DNA of 64,000 nucleotides from a virus: IMG/VR virus record IMGVR_UViG_3300009709_000020, positions 38,787 to 102,786 of that record; one strand, 5' to 3'. Shown piece by piece: positions 60,079 to 64,000 of this stretch (position 1 is its first letter; each line of letters starts with the position of its first letter). The notes under the pieces were generated by a model. It saw only the letters and a program-made list of their open reading frames with translations, ran no database searches and was not told where the DNA came from. The position numbers and the translations under genes were made by a program.

Positions 60079-60559
60079 AATCATTTTTCTAGACATCGAT
60101 GGCCCTGTAATCAGCACCTCAGCGAATGCTTTTGTGTCATACTATCGCACTGATTGCGTTCCTGAAGCCATTGCAAACTTAAATTTAATTTGTGAATTAT
60201 CCGGAGCAAAAATAGTTGCAAATTCAACCCACAATTATAGTTTGTCACCGACCGGATCACTTAAAACTGACCTGATCAGGTTTGGAATTAAGCCGGAATA
60301 CATCCACAAAAATTGGAGAACCGTATTCCCCAGAATCGATTATACTAAATTCAATTGTTCATTGCGTGGCATCGGACGACAAATTGCGATTGACCGATGG
60401 CTAAGTGATTTTGGATATGCAGAATGGGTTTGTTTTGATGATAGAAAATTTACATTTTCTAAAAATTTAATTCATATTGCTGCTGGCCAAGGAATTACTG
60501 ATAATCATGCATTAGATGCACTCGATATTTTAATGGAAGATGAATATTGGGAAAATTAA
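60065..60559 (+). CDS. HAD-superfamily protein (Swiss-army-knife RNA-repair type)
   Basis: IIFLDIDGPV, AKIV.NS, R...I..WL, WVCFDD, G.GIT. Confidence 0.7.
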   Translation: MKLNKIIFLDIDGPVISTSANAFVSYYRTDCVPEAIANLNLICELSGAKIVANSTHNYSLSPTGSLKTDLIRFGIKPEYIHKNWRTVFPRIDYTKFNCSLRGIGRQIAIDRWLSDFGYAEWVCFDDRKFTFSKNLIHIAAGQGITDNHALDALDILMEDEYWEN

Positions 60560-60627
60560 TGGTTATTAATTTTCTTGACTAAAAATTTATAGGTATTAAT
60601 ATTAGTTAAATTTTAAGGATATTTTAC

Positions 60628-61005
60628 ATGGTATGGGGTGACGAAGTTGAAACAATGATCGGAAAAGTATTCACATCTGTTTCTCGAAATGGAAACGATG
60701 AAATTATTTTCGAGAATGCCAAAGAACAATATAAATTATACCATGCCCAGGATTGTTGTGAATCTGTTTTCATCGATTCTGTGTACGGCGATCTATCTGA
60801 TTTGGAGAATACTCCGATTATTCTAGCAGATGAATCATATATTCAAGATCGTCCTGCAGGAGATCAAGAATATGAACCCGAATCATATACATGGTCTTTT
60901 TACAGGTTTGGTACCGAGAAAGGTTATGTTGATATTAAATTTTACGGAACATCAAACGGGTATTATAATGAAACGGCCCGATTAGAAAAGCGAGAAAAAC
61001 AATGA
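60628..61005 (+). CDS. Conserved phage hypothetical protein
   Basis: YHAQDCCESV...GDL.DL, TW.FY...T.KG, G.SNGYY. Confidence 0.7.
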   Translation: MVWGDEVETMIGKVFTSVSRNGNDEIIFENAKEQYKLYHAQDCCESVFIDSVYGDLSDLENTPIILADESYIQDRPAGDQEYEPESYTWSFYRFGTEKGYVDIKFYGTSNGYYNETARLEKREKQ

Positions 61006-61337
61006 GTGTATATGATGAATACACTGTTAAGGTAGTAACTCATGGCAGAAATAAAGGACATCAGGTCTGGTATTTAAATGGAAAACTTCATTGCAGTAAT
61101 GGTCCTGCCATTATATACGCAGATGGATCCACTCAATATTATATTGATGGTCAACTACACAGAGAAGATGGCCCGGCAATTGAATGGGCTTCAGGTATAA
61201 AACGTTGGTTTTTACAGGATGTTGAATATTCGGAAGAAGATTTCAACAACCATACAAACCCTGCGCAGGAATTAACTCTCGGTGAAATCGAGAAATTGTT
61301 AGGACATCCTGTAAAAATTATAAAGGAATATAATTAA
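61002..61337 (+). CDS. HRxDGPA-repeat protein
   Basis: LHCSNGPAI and LHREDGPAI; C-terminal ELTL.EIEKLLG..VKII. Confidence 0.75.
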   Translation: MSVYDEYTVKVVTHGRNKGHQVWYLNGKLHCSNGPAIIYADGSTQYYIDGQLHREDGPAIEWASGIKRWFLQDVEYSEEDFNNHTNPAQELTLGEIEKLLGHPVKIIKEYN

Positions 61338-61585
61338 TGAACTATGAGCAACTAAAAAAAGATTTCAATTCTATTCGCAGGACGCAAGATGATACCGTTT
61401 GTGACATTATTGATGAAGCTGAAAATTATATTGACCATCTAGAAAAAACACTTGACGAACAAGCTCCCTTCCTAGACAAGTATAATCAGTTTCTGGCATA
61501 TTTTGATCAACTGGAAGCATCACAAGATCCACTTACAAAACAAGATATGTTGGATCAAATTGACAAAATTCTCGGAGTAAAATAA
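61337..61585 (+). CDS. Small acidic helical protein
   Basis: TAATG coupling, AAGGA SD. Confidence 0.65.
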   Translation: MNYEQLKKDFNSIRRTQDDTVCDIIDEAENYIDHLEKTLDEQAPFLDKYNQFLAYFDQLEASQDPLTKQDMLDQIDKILGVK

Positions 61586-61588
61586 TCA

Positions 61589-62326
61589 ATGAAATTTGGT
61601 AAAATTTTTTGCGCTGTTGCACTTGTGGCATCGCTGGCAAATCCTGTATATGCAGGACGGTACGGAGGAAGTTCATATAGTAGTTCGTCATCCGGTTACA
61701 GAAGTTCATCCAGCTATGGGTCATCCGGATATCGATCTTCTCCAGTAACATCTAGTTACCGAAGTTCAAATTATGGGTATGGATCATCTTCGACCAATAC
61801 TTCGGGATCACGATCAGCCAATTATGGCTATCAGCCACAAAAATCAAATTATACTCCAAAATCAACTTACACCTCTCCAAAACGTGATAATAATTATGGT
61901 TATAATTATCAACGTTCGCAAGGATCCAATTTGACCCGAAATACCAATAATTATGGATCATCCAATTCAGGATACAGACAAACCGAAGTTTATCATCATT
62001 ATGTGCAAAGTCCATTCGGTGGAACTTTTAGTAATCCTTGGTTCTGGATGTGGGCAATGGATAGAAATCATACCCAAACTGTAGTTCAGCAACCGGTGGT
62101 TGTGTCAGCACCGCAACAAAATTCTGGTCAAATTATCCCGCAACAAGATCAAACATTTCAACAAGCGCCTGCGCAACAATATCAGGTGCAGGATAATGGT
62201 CCGGGATTCTTTGGATATATTTGGTATTTCGTGTTGATCATTGTGCAACTTATTGCATTAGCAGCATTTTTCTACGCATGCTGGTGGCTAGTAAAACGGT
62301 TCATTGTTCCCGTTTTTCGTCGTTGA
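61589..62326 (+). CDS. Exported membrane-anchored protein with S/Y/G/N low-complexity region
   Basis: Signal peptide ending VYA, SSSGYRSS repeats, PWFWMW, Q-rich linker, C-terminal TM helix with basic tail. Confidence 0.75.
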   Translation: MKFGKIFCAVALVASLANPVYAGRYGGSSYSSSSSGYRSSSSYGSSGYRSSPVTSSYRSSNYGYGSSSTNTSGSRSANYGYQPQKSNYTPKSTYTSPKRDNNYGYNYQRSQGSNLTRNTNNYGSSNSGYRQTEVYHHYVQSPFGGTFSNPWFWMWAMDRNHTQTVVQQPVVVSAPQQNSGQIIPQQDQTFQQAPAQQYQVQDNGPGFFGYIWYFVLIIVQLIALAAFFYACWWLVKRFIVPVFRR

Positions 62327-62346
62327 TTTCATATAAAAATTAAAGG

Positions 62347-62547
62347 TTGACAATGAGTGGTTTAAGATGTATATCGATTGCAACGTTCACTGATGACATT
62401 TATCCCGGTGATTGGATAACATATGACGAAAAATTTGGGGTAGTTGAGTATGATCCCGAATTTGAAGATTCGTTAAAATGTAACCAAAGGTCCGTACGAG
62501 AAATCATCACACGTTCATTAGGACCTGTTAATATCATCGAAAGGTAA
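62347..62547 (+). CDS. Small hypothetical protein (start uncertain)
   Basis: Fills the gap; its 5' end overlaps a TTGACA-17-TATATC promoter. Confidence 0.4.
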   Translation: MTMSGLRCISIATFTDDIYPGDWITYDEKFGVVEYDPEFEDSLKCNQRSVREIITRSLGPVNIIER

Positions 62548-62551
62548 ACGA

Positions 62552-62962
62552 ATGGAACTTCCTGAATTGAATACTATGCTTACTTTTTTCTGTGACAAGG
62601 TACATACATCAGAACAAAAAGAGCGACTTGGCACGGGGCTTACATATCTACACCATCTGGATTCTGGCATTTGGGACAAAGGAATTATTTATAAGTATGC
62701 TGCCCCTGCGTTGACACGTTTCATACAGAATAATTTCCACAACGAAGTTCCAGTAGAAGATATGGTGGATTTTCTGATTGAAGAAATCACGTATGAACTG
62801 GATCCCTCATCGACCACTATCCAAACTATTTTAGAATCCGGTCGAAAATTGGTATATAATCCGCTTTTTGGTATCGATGAAGAGGCCAATTTCCTGACAG
62901 AAGTGTTGCTTTCAGCGGCAATGAGATCAAACTCATTTTTTGAAAAAATTACTGCCGAATAA
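62552..62962 (+). CDS. Hypothetical protein
   Basis: 136 aa, AAGG SD. Confidence 0.65.
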   Translation: MELPELNTMLTFFCDKVHTSEQKERLGTGLTYLHHLDSGIWDKGIIYKYAAPALTRFIQNNFHNEVPVEDMVDFLIEEITYELDPSSTTIQTILESGRKLVYNPLFGIDEEANFLTEVLLSAAMRSNSFFEKITAE

Positions 62963-62998
62963 GTAGGTCATAAATATTGCATATATTAAGGAAAATGT

Positions 62999-63202
62999 AT
63001 GCAATATTATTATCTAGCAAAAACCGGTCAACGATTTAGTCAAGCAGAATGGATGGAACTTCAACGCACGGGTGAATCTGTTTCATTGCTTGCGAAATAT
63101 GGTCCGGCTTATACACAGGAAGCATGGATTAAACACCACGGAACAGTGGGCGTCCATCCCTCAGCATCTCGTTCAAAATCAAATAAAAAGAAGGTAAAGT
63201 AG
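62999..63202 (+). CDS. Small basic-tailed hypothetical protein
   Basis: ATAAATA and AAGGA upstream. Confidence 0.55.
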   Translation: MQYYYLAKTGQRFSQAEWMELQRTGESVSLLAKYGPAYTQEAWIKHHGTVGVHPSASRSKSNKKKVK

Positions 63203-63260
63203 GTTGACAATCATGTCCAAAATCTTTACTAGAAAAAACTCAAATAAAAAGGAATTGGAC

Positions 63261-63656
63261 ATGAATCACAAAATGTATTGCATTTATGCTATGGAATCAG
63301 TTAAAAAGATGAATGGTAATAGGGGAAAATTGGCTAGCCAAGCCGGTCATGCATACCTTCATTCATTTTGGGACGCGCTCGGATATAAATGGAAAGGCGA
63401 TGAAACTATTCATATTTTTCATCAGGCTGTAAACTACCAAAATTCTGACCATGCGTATAAGATCACGTTAGTTGTTGATACTGTAGAACAACTCAAAGAA
63501 ATCCAAGAAAAATATGTCGGTGTATGTGGCAACAGTCTCGTAACTGATGCGGCGTTCACCGTGTTCAATGAACCAACTACGGTTTGTTTAGGCATTGGTC
63601 CGATTTCAGAAGAAAACATCGGTGAAGACCTAAAATCCCTTAAACTTTTCCTTTAA
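63261..63656 (+). CDS. Peptidyl-tRNA hydrolase, Pth2 type
   Basis: M..GKLASQAGHA, KITL, DAAFT....PT.VCLGIGP, LKL; start moved to 63261 (AAGGA SD). Confidence 0.85.
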   Translation: MNHKMYCIYAMESVKKMNGNRGKLASQAGHAYLHSFWDALGYKWKGDETIHIFHQAVNYQNSDHAYKITLVVDTVEQLKEIQEKYVGVCGNSLVTDAAFTVFNEPTTVCLGIGPISEENIGEDLKSLKLFL

Positions 63657-63666
63657 GGAATACTGC

Positions 63667-63981
63667 ATGTTTGCTGAAATTGTGCGTCCGTTTTCGGAAA
63701 AAATTAAAAATGGTAGGACTCTTCGTGATATTACAGATCATATGGTGTCCGAAGTCAATGAACTATATGAAGAAATTGACAAGATTGATGCCGGTGAAGA
63801 ACCCGGAAAAGATGGCGTTGTAGGCGAGGCAATTGACGTGATTGCATGCGCCCTTGATGCTATTTTCGTTCATTCACCTAATATTGACATTAAAACTCTT
63901 GAAGATATCCTTCAATCAAAATGCGAAAAATGGGCTCGCAGGTATGCGGAAAATGTCCATGGAGATCGCACAATTGATTAA
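63667..63981 (+). CDS. MazG-like nucleotide pyrophosphohydrolase
   Basis: SEVNEL.EE...GEAIDVIACALD...K.EKW. Confidence 0.75.
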   Translation: MFAEIVRPFSEKIKNGRTLRDITDHMVSEVNELYEEIDKIDAGEEPGKDGVVGEAIDVIACALDAIFVHSPNIDIKTLEDILQSKCEKWARRYAENVHGDRTID

Positions 63982-64000
63982 GGAGATATGGCATGGCATC
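63972..64000 (+). repeat. 29-bp direct repeat, copy 2, truncated by the window end; includes a probable start codon at 63993
   Basis: Identical to 51084-51112. Confidence 0.85.

Noticed and set aside
1-64000. CRISPR array, diversity-generating retroelement or IS element
   Set aside because: No regularly spaced repeats, reverse transcriptase or transposase seen; the nrdB repeat differences are synonymous and not adenine-specific

Overview
AT-rich window from a large T4-superfamily (jumbo) myophage, almost all on the + strand. Layout: baseplate/virion genes including a 5,756-aa protein (1-19.7 kb); a ~1.3-kb gene-free, hairpin-rich region (20.2-21.5 kb); a polymerase-beta-type nucleotidyltransferase; a MoxR AAA+/vWA-metallopeptidase pair separated by a free-standing endonuclease; DHFR, ThyA, spanins (Gram-negative host) and TerL; a class Ia RNR locus in which nrdA is fractured at its catalytic cysteine by a split intein plus an HNH gene, and the nrdB 5' end is duplicated around a second endonuclease; glutaredoxin, PAAR and a glycosyltransferase; then an accessory region with a tRNA-Ser(ACU), a stand-alone S4 domain, SLOG, a P-loop kinase, ADP-ribosylglycohydrolase, HAD, Pth2 and MazG-like genes. 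Main discoveries: (1) a 1,694-aa late protein built from an ART-like domain, ~19 KOW modules and a C-terminal sigma70 region 1.1 mimic, directly followed by an ADP-ribosylglycohydrolase; (2) a candidate ~1.1-kb structured ncRNA whose G-U pairs all fit the + strand; (3) a charge-reversed split intein with a hairpin-gated HNH gene; (4) eight late genes with TAAATA exactly 5 nt before the ATG, predicting leaderless late mRNAs; (5) early promoters that lack the -7 T. All protein calls come from motif recognition by eye; no searches or folding programs were run.
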